Numbered from the stretch's first letter, positions 21,032 to 32,226 are shown. The stretch is 33,477 bases of DNA from Psammoneis japonica (GCA_008632985.1 QPGO01000090.1:310001-343477); one strand, 5' to 3'. Translations and numbers: made by a program. Notes: generated by a model from the sequence alone, not told the origin.

Positions 21032-24000
21032 TTAAAAATTAGGTAATGATAAAGCCGACGATTGTCGCGACGCAAACGATTGTCGAGACGCAAGCACGAC
21101 GCTCCCATCATCATTGAAGCATAAGTGCTCATGAGGTGTAGAGGATCTCGAGTTCATGCTACGTGTAGACATGCTAACGCGACGTAAGGAAGCCCCAAAT
21201 TGAGAAGGGTCTTTGCGTCCATGAGAAATTCCCTCCAGTAACTTCTGGAGTTCGTCCTTGATGTCGGCCTGATGGACATCCGGTATTTCATCTCCCGTCA
21301 AACTGCGAGAAGGGAGAACTACGTCATTGGGGTGAGGAATAACGACGGCCGGCTCCGCTGTCAGTGTTTTCCGCCCGTCATCGCGGCCCGCAATACACAC
21401 AGGAACATACGAGGCCTTGTGTGCATCGACCAAGAATCTGCGGAACTCCTCTCTCCTTTCCAGCGACGTTGGATGGTTCAAATCCCACATATCAAGATTG
21501 GAGGTTTGAAGTAACGCCGCATCCATGAATGCCCTATAAAACCTCTTTCGTATCGAGTAACGATACATAAGTGTTGGGACAAAGGGAATTGCTGCAAGTA
21601 ATGACGGGCCAAATGCCTGCTTGAGACCCATCATAATGCAAAGCAGCACTTGTCCTAGAAGCATGCTTGCTATCATTGCGTCGAAGAGAAAGGGCCATCG
21701 GACTCCGCCAGCATCAAATTTAGGTCTGTACATGAATATTACGTTTCGTCGCAGCAACGGCTGGCAATAAAGGAAGTAAATAAGCACTAGTGGAGCCACA
21801 AGAGGCGAGGCCGGTGCAAGAGCCACCAGGCATAGAAACGCTACCCCGGAGTCCACATATACACGATACGGGACGGGACCGCCTGGTCCACCGCCCATCA
21901 CAAGACGCTGGCAGCAATTCCATCCGAGGAACGAGAATATAAACGTGTTGATCTGCAGCATGTAGTTTAACGGAAGTGTCATGGTGAAACGAATGATGAT
22001 CCAATTAATCCACGAAGCGGCGATCTGGAAAATCTTCGTGAGAAAATGGAAACCAAGTTCAACCTCGTGATTACCTCAAGACTTACCTGTGTCGGAATCG
22101 TGGCTGCGATCTCAACTAGGACTCTTTGGAGTTCGCTTCCAAGTGTTATGCCACCGCTTTGTTCGACTTGTAACCCATTTATGCTAGTAACAATAACGGA
22201 AATATATAGTGTAAGAATCGTGGAAGAATCTCAGTACACTCATCAAAGTTAACGAACTCACACCATAGTCGAGAGAAGGTTCCCAGAAAAGGCAGTGATC
22301 AGCATGAACCACCAAAAATACTGTAGAGCTCGGAATTCTGTGTGTCGACAAAAAGGTAAAATGCCTTAGACTGAGAACTGCAAAGATAAGAAGGCTCGTG
22401 ATTTCAAATCCTAGGGCCCTACCTGCGGCTAGCACACTGGTAGCGTTGCTGCCGAAATTTGAAATAGTCTTGAACATGACCGGGCACAACGAAAAGAAAA
22501 ATGTCCAGATAAGAGCTGCGATCATTCCTGACAAAAGACCATAAACATTCTCGAAGTCATCTTCTAAATTCTTCAACACAGGGAACCATTCCTCCAGGTT
22601 TTTAGGGTTTGCAAGGCTTGACGCGAAGCTGCGTGCACGAATGTGGGCGAAACGATGGTGAGGAAACGGTACCTAGAAGAATGTTTATGGGTCGAAACGC
22701 TTACGTTAGAGGGATGGTATAGAATATGTAAATGACAGCGAGAAGAACAACGGCGCTGAGAAAAGACGAACGAGGAAGTGAGTGATGATGAATGCGACTG
22801 CGTAAGATACACAGAGATACCAAACTTACATGGTCCTGCGAATCATTTTCTGCTTATCGGGGATAGTAAGCGTAACTGGACGACAGCAGCCTCGACATGT
22901 ACAAAGGTCAAAAGCAGCGGCGTCTGCTAAAGGTGGAACTGGTACATGTTTTTCTCCCAACCAACGCTTTTGCCCTCTCCCATCTGCAAGACAGTTTCTG
23001 GCGGCTACAGCAGCTTGACGAGATGTAAACGTGACAACCGCCCAAGTCGACTCACGAGCCAAGTCATCAACAACATGCGTAGTCTTTGAGAAAGCCCAAT
23101 TCCAAATCTTTTTGGAACCTTTCTTAATAGAGTCCGCGATGTCCTTGCGAGAAGGCAATTTCCATGCGCCTAAAGTCGCATGACGGCCTTTGACTCTTCG
23201 AAACCCTTCCCACTCTCCATTGTTGACGATGCGTTCAACTTGTTCCCATTCGTCACTCTTTTGATACCCTCTCTGACGAATACCTTGTGCTGCCGAATCG
23301 ATATGTCCATTGCTACGGGTAGACAGAAGCGCATTCGTGTATGGATTGCCAGTGTGCTCCTCGCCAAGAGCGGACGGTGGAACCTGGGTGTCAACGTGAA
23401 GGCTTTGGTTGTTCTGAGTAAATTTTTCGAGAGCCTCGGCTTCCATTCTCAGATCATCTGGCAAATTCTCCATGGTCTGCGAAGTGCTAGTGCCGTCAAA
23501 TAAATCGGCTGCCGAAGAGGCTTTTGGATCTGTGTTTCTTGAGGCGACCTTATCACGAGCCTCTTGAAGCTCCTTGTAGGCATGTTCAAGATTGGCGAGC
23601 GCCTCGGCTTCCAACTCGAGCAACTCGTCGATTGGGGCTTTTCTTAACCTCTCTTCGCCGCAACCGTTTGGACAACATTGTGCTGCACTCTGCGCAAGTT
23701 CACGACTATAAATGGCTGTTTGTTCTGGACCAAACTCGAGGTGAACCAGGAAGAGATCTTCTACTTCCTCGTCTTGGTAAGAAGTGAGGATTTCTTTGTA
23801 ATACTGCGCATTTCGTACTGAATTTCGGTAAACGGATCGAGGTGTCATTCTCTTAAACGTTGTGGTCTCTTCCATTTGTCCATCGTCAGCAACCTCCAGC
23901 CCCTGGTCCTGTGGGACCTCTTCTTCTTCGTCGTCTTCGTTTTCGATATCGTAAAAACGAAGGTCAGCAATGAGACGCCGAATATATCTTAGTCGTCGTA

Positions 24001-25253
24001 GCGCGGCGGCGTGGGCATACCACTTCTTCCACGCGGTAGCAATCGCAGGTGCACTGGGCAAAATCGTCACCGCCGCCACGGAAGAACTGAATCCAGGTTG
24101 GTTTGGAACACACTGGTCAAAGAATGCGGTCGTCACACTAAGCTGCCAGTCGATACTTTGTCGTTTCGAGAATCCAATGGCGGACTCGACATCATCCTCG
24201 TCGACGACTTGAGCGGGCAAGCTGGGCAAACTTCCAACCAGCACCTGCAGGACAAAAAGTAAAAGAAACTGTTGAGCACACAGGCGCACACTGATACACT
24301 CCTTCCGTATGACTTCATCTACTCACCGAGTAGAGTGAAATATTTGGAACTGTTTCTCGCTGTTCTGGATGTGGTATCCAAGGATCTCGGCCATAGCGGG
24401 GATCGACCTTTTGCATTTTCCTTCGCCTTTTCGGAGAGATGCGTGGTGCGTCCAAGGAAGGTTCTGATTCTTTCAATAGAGTTTCTGCCAACTCCCTCTT
24501 TCTCTTTTCCCATATATCAGGTTCCAGATAATAAACGCGTCTCATGGCCAAAAGGTCAAGCCATTCACGACGGAGAGTATAACATGCATAAATAGTAATG
24601 ATCCACGAGCAAAGAACAATTCCATACAGTCGCCCCAGCAGCCCCTGAACATCCTGACCCCATACCGAATTAGACACGGTTGAACTTTCTCCTTCAGACT
24701 TTGTTTCGTTTAAGTTTGCTTCAATCCCCAGCGAAGGAATATTGGCAAGGGTCGTCCGTTCATAATTAGTCAAATTGTAGGCATTGGTGAAACAAACAAC
24801 TTCTGATGGATCAGACGCTGAAGCCTCATCGATATTTGCACATCTTGTTGTCCAGTTCAGGGGAAGGATTACTACAATACACAAAAATGTAGCAATCACT
24901 GCTATTCTCAAACAAGTGGCATGAAATCTTAACAATACCACTCCATCTAAATTCACAGTCAGATTGCTCCCCTCCAATCCACCTTTTCTCGTCCCAGTGC
25001 CGGGTACGCCGTCCAACATGGTCGGATATGTCAGTCCCAACGTCCATCGTATCCACCCAAACATTGGTGTTCCGCGTTTCTGACTTGGGTGGGTCGGGTG
25101 TGGATTGTAAATGACATTGCGAGGACGAGCCGTACAACGAGGAGCAATGTAGATGCATCTCGAGCGAACCGCACACCCGAAAAGCGACAGGGCCGTCACA
25201 AAAACAACACTACCACCGGCAAATGCAAAGCCAATCGATTCGAGAGTTGTCAT
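21032..25253 (-). CDS. OSCA/CSC1 (TMEM63/ERD4-like) calcium-permeable stress-gated channel, 7 exons
   Basis: 'IYIAPR', 'LDGVVLLRF', 'ILPLN', 'YERTTLANI', 'AVVTFTSRQAA', 'FYTIP', 'ALAPASPLVAP', 'YRPKFDAGGVRWP'. GT-AG introns 24245-24326, 22756-22829, 22629-22704, 22338-22422, 22184-22261 and 22025-22086 give one continuous frame. Confidence 0.9.
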
Positions 25254-25659
25254 AGTTTCTTCCTCTTCCTTCTTATGCGCTTTACAGATTCAGCAGTTCG
25301 GCAAGAATGATTATTTGTCTTCAAATTCTGGCGAGAACCATATAGCACAGGGAAAGCAATCTGAAATCTCGCAGAACAATTCAAGATCTCCTTTTTTACG
25401 CAGCCGCTGTGGATGAAGCTGCCTCTTGTTCCTGCGTATGAAGCGCAATACAGAAACTATAACATCAATGATAAGTACAGTAGCACATGCCGGAGAGGAG
25501 AAAGCAAGTCAGAAGGTACCGGTAGCTACTATTATAGGAGACGCAACGGGGGATGAAGTGGTCGACGACTACGACTACCGGTACTCCGGAAACCCAAAAC
25601 CGGATTTGAAATGGCCATAACCCAATTTCATGGATGTTTATTCTGAATGTTGACGTCAT

Positions 25660-25830
25660 CGTCTTGAGACTGTTGAGCCGAGCGCGCGCGCGCGCGGAAT
25701 CCCACGAGGTCCGTCTGTCTGCCCACGCACCACCCCGCACCACGGCGAACCCACGAACGAACAGCGAACCGCACGCACCACGAACCACGACACAATGACG
25801 GGCGAAGCGCGCTACGGTTTCGACGATTTC
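25660..25830. promoter_or_regulatory. CpG-rich divergent promoter region (OSCA / TPR gene) with a (GC)7 tract at 25682-25696 and repeated CGAAC/CCACG words
   Basis: gcgcgcgcgcgcgcg and ccacggcgaacccacgaacgaacagcgaaccgcacgcaccacgaaccacgac between head-to-head genes. Function inferred from position. Confidence 0.5.
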
Positions 25831-25887
25831 GTAAGCCGTAAGCACTGTCAGAACTGTTCTCAGCCTACTCTCTAGAGATTCTTCACA

Positions 25888-27557
25888 ATGGCAACTGGTT
25901 CTAATAGTGGAATTGCAGGCAAAACTGATTATGGAAAATGGGATCGTGTGGCTTCTGATTTGATTGAGGATGCAGAGGCGGAAGAAGCACAGGAGGTCCA
26001 AGAATGTTCCAAGGCCTTGGGCTTGGACGGCAAGTATGCTCGAAGTCAAGCGGAGGCCGACGAGCGAGAGAAAGCAAAAGATGCTCTAGATACAAGGAAA
26101 CGCTTGGATCAGTATCAGCAGAGGCAAGAAAGTGTTATGCAAAGTCTGGAGGGACTTTTGTTGGAATGCTCAGAAAAGCCTGAGAAAGACAATGCTTCAG
26201 ATACAACTTCAAAGAAGGAGCCGCCTCATGTGGTTCGTGTCACTCGCGAAATGATGGATGCCTACAAACGCGTTATTACCATATCTAACACGAGCGGTAC
26301 CTCTCCAAAAGACATGATTGTCTTGACGCAAGACTTGAATCATTTGGAATCTGCCATGCCTGCCAATTCCATGCAGCAACCCAAGCAGTACAAGGACGAC
26401 GCAGAAAACTCGGTTCCAAACGAACAGACCCGCAAAGTCTTTGGACTTATCAAGGTATTTATAACCAATGTTCACAATTGCACTATTGTAGTACGATGCA
26501 AGCTCATTGCCGGTATGGTGGAAATGAGTCACTGCAGCAACGTGACTCTACGAATTGAAAAGGAAGCCACCGTTCCAACCCTGCAAGTGGATCTATGTCA
26601 AGATATTCATGTTCAATACCACGACTCACCGAGTGGCAAGCACATACCCAATCCTACCAGCAATAACATTATGTATTGGGGTGAAGGCAAGGATGATCGC
26701 ATCTTTCATGCGGGTGTAAGCAACATGAAGATTTCACTTTGGCGTGATGGTTTTGTCGAAATGGAAACAACCACGGATTACGAAAAGGATGGTGCGGTAG
26801 CTGTGGGTAACGCTTCTGCCGAGGAGTATCAGTTTGTCACCTCGGTGGTGGACGGTGACTTAGTGACTGAAAACGTCCTTCGTTGGGGTGCCTCCACGGG
26901 AAAGAATGTACGAGCCATGACGCAGCGAGAAGCAGATGCTGAAAAGGCCAAGCGAGAAAAGGCCGCCGCCATGGCAATCGATATGGCTGAAAAGTCGATT
27001 CGTTTTGAAGAAAAGAACAAAAGTAGCAAGGTACCGCAAGCATCACCCAAGCCTCAAGTAAACGAGACAGAAGTGGTGGAAGAAATTTATACATCCATGT
27101 CAAAGCAAGAAATCGAAAGTATTGTGAAAGAATGCGAAGAGAACAAGGCCCGCGGTAATGAGGCGTTTGGCTCTGGAGAGTATGCTCAAGCCGTCTTACT
27201 CTATACGCTTGCCCTTGACAAGGCTGAAGAACTTCCGGACCAAGATGAAAACTCTGCTGTGCTCCACTCTTTGCTCGCCACATTGTTCTTTCCAATCGCT
27301 CCGCGTCCTTTCTCAAGCTTGGTCACCATGAAAAGGCATTGGCGGATGCTTCGCGTGCTGTGGAACTGGAACCAACCTACGTCAAGGCTGTCTTTCGAAA
27401 AGGACTTGCGCTTCACGCCATGGGAAGGTACCAAGAGGCCATGCCTGTTCTGGCAAAAGCCCAAGAACTCGAACCAAAGAACAAGCAGATTGCACAAGCG
27501 CTTCAGTTTTGTGAAGTTCGTTTGACGCAAGAAATGAGAAAGCGTATGCAAGGTTGA
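25888..27557 (+). CDS. TPR protein with N-terminal DYxKWD motif and central CAP_C/cofactor-C-like beta-helix; apparent 1-nt deletion ~27258
   Basis: 'TDYGKWD'; 'VFITNVHNCTIVVRCKLIAGMVEMSHCSNVTLRI..PTLQVDLCQDI'; TPRs 'KARGNEAFGSGEYAQAVLLYTLAL', then shifted frame 'VLSNRSASFLKLGHHEKALADASRAVELEPTYVKAVFRKGLALHAMGRYQEA'. Confidence 0.85.
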
Positions 27558-27687
27558 ACCCGGTAACTCTAAGCCTTAGTTGGTTTAACTAGAAATCCTT
27601 CTAAGCAAAGAGGATTTTACCTGAAAATTAAACGATCATTAAGAGTCTAATTGAGTTATTCACAAAACTCGATGTGACATTGATAAC

Positions 27688-28950
27688 TTAATCTTTAGAT
27701 GTCTTTTTTCTGTCTGATTTTGCCATTTTCTTTGCAAGAGCTATTTCTAATTCTTGGCTCTGCATGGCTACGGCCAAGGGATTGTCAGCTCTGGTGCTAG
27801 TAGTATTGTTCCTTGTTGACCTTGCTTGTAAAATGGTATCAATGGGCGTAACGCTTCCGCATTTACCGCAGTAAACGAGTTTTGCCTTGGATCCAACTTG
27901 CAGAAAGGTCTGGCAAGCGGGGCATTGGACTACTGTTGCGTTGCCCTTGGCGATTTGCTTCCAGGTGTGGTCTGTTCCACGAATGAGGAGTTTCTTGCCA
28001 TTGTATACGCCCACTTGCTGTTCACGCGTCGGACACTTCAATGGAGGATCATTTCTCGTTGTAGTATTTACTTTGAGATCTCGAGGAGCCGAAGATACAC
28101 TAGCCTTGTTTAAAGAAGGCTTGGTGGTGAGCTTATTGAGAGATGGAGGTTTAGTGGGTGCTGGTTTTCGTTTGTTCCTTGGAGGAGGAGATAGTGCGAT
28201 ATCTTCATCATTCTTTTCGGGGCGATTGTTGAGACGTTGTGATTCCTTAACCACATTCGAATATAGCGATTTAAGATCGTTGTTTTCGACAATGTTCTCG
28301 TGGTGTTTGCTGGAGGACGAAGTCTTTAGATCCCGTTGAGAAGCGGCAATCTGTGCCATAGCCTCTTGCTGCTCACGAAGAAACTCCGGATCATTCATAC
28401 AGTCTAAGAAACCGCCATCAGAATCATCCGATCCAGTTGTATTTACGCTGAAGTTAGTTGATAAAGATGCGGTGGTGCATGTTGCTTGGTCTTGAGCGTA
28501 AGAACTGGGTTGAGAAGCAGAAGAACCATGAAGCTCCTTGTCAGCACCACATGTGGATGATGAGCTGTTGAATTGCTCCATAATCTCCTGCTGTTGGCGA
28601 ATGAAATCCTCGTCTTCAAACAAGTTAACAAAACAAGTGTTGGAACTCATGTTCGTTGCATTTGCGCTTTCGTCTCCGTCATAGCTGCAGCTGCTGCTCA
28701 GCAGACTCGACGATGCCGCAGAATAGTGCTTCTTACGATCACCCCTGGCGGATGATTTGGAAACTTTCAAGGGTGAAAAGCTTGTACACTTTGCATCAAT
28801 ATTTCTTCTCGGCCTTCGGATCGGCTTAACGTCGCAATCCACAACAGTTCTTGGTACTTTTGAGTCACTTCCACTGCTGTCACGCCATGTCTTCGTAGTA
28901 TGGACCTGGTGTCTTTCGGGAGCTTCGTCTTTGTAAGTTGGAGATGCCAT
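27688..28950 (-). CDS. Hypothetical protein with C-terminal CxxC-x14-CxxC (LSD1-like) zinc finger; ORF open to 29040, probable start 28950
   Basis: Intact 450-aa ORF; 'QCPACQTFLQVGSKAKLVYCGKCGSV' at 27859-27924; two 'F..Q Q E.M.Q' helical repeats. Confidence 0.75.
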   Translation of the reverse strand: MASPTYKDEAPERHQVHTTKTWRDSSGSDSKVPRTVVDCDVKPIRRPRRNIDAKCTSFSPLKVSKSSARGDRKKHYSAASSSLLSSSCSYDGDESANATNMSSNTCFVNLFEDEDFIRQQQEIMEQFNSSSSTCGADKELHGSSASQPSSYAQDQATCTTASLSTNFSVNTTGSDDSDGGFLDCMNDPEFLREQQEAMAQIAASQRDLKTSSSSKHHENIVENNDLKSLYSNVVKESQRLNNRPEKNDEDIALSPPPRNKRKPAPTKPPSLNKLTTKPSLNKASVSSAPRDLKVNTTTRNDPPLKCPTREQQVGVYNGKKLLIRGTDHTWKQIAKGNATVVQCPACQTFLQVGSKAKLVYCGKCGSVTPIDTILQARSTRNNTTSTRADNPLAVAMQSQELEIALAKKMAKSDRKKTSKD

Positions 28951-29010
28951 TTCTATTAGCTGTAGATTGTGGCCGGAGTTTCCGTGACCTTCGACCTTGC
29001 CGTGAGAAAA

Positions 29011-30805
29011 GTGAAAGTGGTCGCGCAAATACCTTCGCATTTTGTGATGTTATGATGTGACTTGCGGGAATATCGAGATCGCGGTTACAAATCGAATTTT
29101 GTCATTTAAAATGAAACAAAAAGTGCGAACATTAAGTAAAATTGCAAGGGACATGCTAATAAGTAATTTTGAACTGATTTTCAATAGTAATTCGATTGCT
29201 TTTTTTATGCTTTTTCTTAAGAGACATAGATTCATTGGGATGACACGCTCGAACCATCAATTCGCAAAAAGACATGGAGTCGGGGGGCTGTACATCAAAC
29301 AACACAGTGTATGTAATGTAAGGTACAATTCTCAACGCGACATCCGACAACCTCCCATCTTGGTGGAGTGTGCCTGCAAAAAAGGCTGAAGGAATTTAAC
29401 TGTGGAGTGGCAGCAACTCGGAAACGAAAAAGAAAAAAAGAGAGAAAGAAGAGGAAAAGTCAAAAACAAAAGGGCCGGCACCACCAAGAAAAATGAGGCA
29501 GGAAAAATCCTGCTTGTTTGGTGCAGTTTTTCTGCACCAAAAGCTGACATTTGTTGCAGTTGTGTTGGAGTTTCACGACTTGCCGACCAGCAGCACATGT
29601 TCAGCCTCATCAACCCCAAACCCTGAACTCACTGTGTGGCTTGCAAACACATTGTCGGTGCTGTCAACCGCCGTTGCCATGTCAACTCGGGTGTGCAGAA
29701 ACTGGAAGTGTGAGAGCACAAAAAACCCACACAACTCAATCTGAGTTGCAGCACAAAAAATTTGCACATTGTCCACAATCACATCAGCATGTTTTCCACT
29801 GAAACTTTGTGCATCTGCACCATGAAAACCACCTCTGGCCTGATGCTCCAACACACTCCTTTGCACAAGCCGTCAACTGCTGACTTGCCGTGTGTGGTGC
29901 TGCACATGTCAAGCATCCGAGGGTGACACTTGGAACCCATGCCACCCAACACCATGTCAACCACTCTTCTGTTGATTCCCATGGGTGCATCTTCCACACT
30001 GCAAAAACTTTGTCTGTCTTTCCTGTGAAAACTGCCTCCAACCCCAATGTTCCAAAAGGTTGTGCTGCACTGGGTGTGCCATCGGCTGGATCAGGAGGAC
30101 TCAAGCAGGTCTCTCTTGATGCCCCTGGATGACACTCTCCCTGCAGGTCCCCCCTGCACACAAGTCAACTGCTGTCCAAATCTTGTGTGAGACCCTGTGA
30201 CCAGGTTTTTGCTTTTTCTGAGCATGCACAGCCACAGCCAGTCTTGCAACAAGCAGCGCTGTCCAGACAACTCATTTCCTGCAGCCCAGTTGCCAGCTGT
30301 TGCTGTCATGCAATGGCCCTTTTTTACCCAGCACAGGTCTGTGTTTTTTGCTCCTGGTCTGGTGTCATTTTTCCCTTGCTTCTGCTCTTTTCATTCTGGC
30401 TGTTGCTTGGGTTTTTTGTGCATTGACAAAACTTCTTCTGGCAGAGCTTTTCTTCAACCCAGCTTTTGTTGCTGGCTTGCCCCACTCCATTTGTCCTTTT
30501 TGCAACTTTTTTTGTCAAAAAAGCTTGGCGCATGTCTCAATCTGCCTGTCTTTGTTGCTCCACCCCTTGCGCTGTTTCTCCATGCTCAGAAGAGCTGTGC
30601 TCAACACAGCTGTGACCTTTTGCATGCATTTTTTGAGCCCATCTTGAGCAGCTCCCCAATCTTCTTATTTGCCTCACTCAACTCATGGCTGAAATCATGT
30701 CCTGACAACAGCCTTGTTGGCTGTTCTCTGATGCCAATGAGCCAAAAGGCCCCATGTCTGTTGTGTTGGTGGCAAAGTTGGCAAGGTTGTTGTTTGTGCT
30801 CACCC
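29011..30805 (+). repeat. Direct tandem duplication, unit A (CpG/TpA-retaining ~330-bp head, converted body)
   Basis: Shared blocks with unit B: gaaagtggtcgcgc, gcgggaatatcgagatcgcggtta, caattctcaacgcgacatccgaca, tgtggagtggcagcaactcgga, ttttctgcaccaaaagctgacattt, ttcattctggctgttgcttggg, ttgcctcactcaactcatggct. Confidence 0.92.
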
Positions 30806-30808
30806 AAC
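29345..30808. other. Island 3: CpG/TpA-depleted DNA
   Basis: 3 TA by hand count (TTAA ~29397, TTAC ~30325, TTAT ~30666) in ~1.46 kb. Confidence 0.92.
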
Positions 30809-32226
30809 GTGAAAAGTGGTCGCGCGAATACGTTCGGATTTTGTGACTCGCGGGAATATCGAGATCGCGGTTATAAATCGAAGTTTGTCATTTAACGAAA
30901 CAAAAAGTGCGAACACACTGGACATGCTGATAATTGATTTGAACTGTTCGTGTCGATAGTAACTAGTGCGTTTTTTATGTTTTATCTTAAAAGAGATATA
31001 GAATCATAGCGCTGACACGCTCGAAGCATCAATTCGTAAAAAGACATCATTTGAGTCTGGGGGCTGTAGGCCTTACAGCAGCACGGCACAACACGCACGA
31101 AGGGTGGTGTTTCAATTCTCAACGCGACATCCGACAGACCTCCAATCTTGGCCCTGTAAAAAATGCTCAAGGAATTTTAATTCAACTGTGGAGTGGCAGC
31201 AACTCGGAGAAGAGAAAGAAAAAAGAGAGAAAGAGGGAAAAGCAAAAAGAAAAGGGCTGGCATCACCAAGAGAAATGAGGCAGAGTGTGCAACACACATC
31301 ATGGCAGGGCACCACCACCACCAGGAAGGGAGCAAACTTGGGTCACATGTCGCCTGTGTGGCAAAATCCCACTTGTTTCATGCACTTTTTCTGCACCAAA
31401 AGCTGACATTTTTGGTGGTTGCACTGCTGGGCTGGTGTGCCATCATTGTCCAGGTCTGTGGGGTGGGCTCCAAGTGGGCAAGTCTCTCAGTGCTGGGTGA
31501 CTCTCTCCCCACAGATCTTCCTCCCTGAACATGAGCCAACTGCCCAAATCTTGTGTGGCCCTGTGGTCAGGCTCCTGCTTGTTTTGAGCATGCACAGCCA
31601 CAGTTGCTCTTGCAACAAGCAGCACTGTCCAGACAACTCATTGTTTGTGGCACCCTGTAAAATGCTGCTGCTGCTTCTGCTGGCACTGCTCTGACAACAT
31701 TGCCAGTTGTTGCCATTGTGTGCAATTGCCAGTTTTTCTGCCCACAGGTCTGTGTTGTTTGCTCCCAGCCTGGCTTCATTTTCCTTGTCAGTGCCCTGCT
31801 GCAAACCATGGCATGCTTCTGTGCCTTTCATTCTGGCTGTTGCTTGGGCTCTTTTTGTTGCACACCAGCTGACAAACTTCTTCTGGCAGAGCTCTTCTTC
31901 AACCCAGCTTTTGTTGATGGCTGCTTGCCCCCCTCTATTTTCCCTTTCTTCAACTCTTTTTTTTTTAACAAGCTCTGTGCATGTCTCTGTCTGGCAACCT
32001 GCTTTGTTGCTCCACCCCCCTCATGTGGTTTCTCTGTGCGCACCACCCCCCATTTCCAGCAGAGTGGGTGCCCTCAACACTGTTGTGACCTTTTGCCCTC
32101 ATTCTGCAAGACCTTGATCAGCTCCCCAATCTTGTTTGCCTCACTCAACTCATGGCTAAAGTGTTCATCTGTCATGGTGGCAAGGCAGTTGGCAAGGCAG
32201 TTGGCAAGGTTGTTTGTGCTTGCACC
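30809..32226 (+). repeat. Direct tandem duplication, unit B (converted sequence continues beyond it to the window end)
   Basis: Same blocks in the same order as 29011-30805. Confidence 0.92.

Noticed and set aside
27260..27525. C-terminus of the 545-aa ORF as given in the ORF track
   Set aside because: Out-of-frame read-through; the TPR continues in the shifted frame to 27557.
29061..29075. E2F-like site GCGGGAA in both duplicate heads
   Set aside because: Imperfect short match with no supporting evidence.
29011..32226. Units A/B as the two LTRs of one retroelement or as a CRISPR-like array
   Set aside because: Units are adjacent, similarity extends over the whole unit, and there are no TG..CA ends, internal pol, or regular repeat-spacer period.
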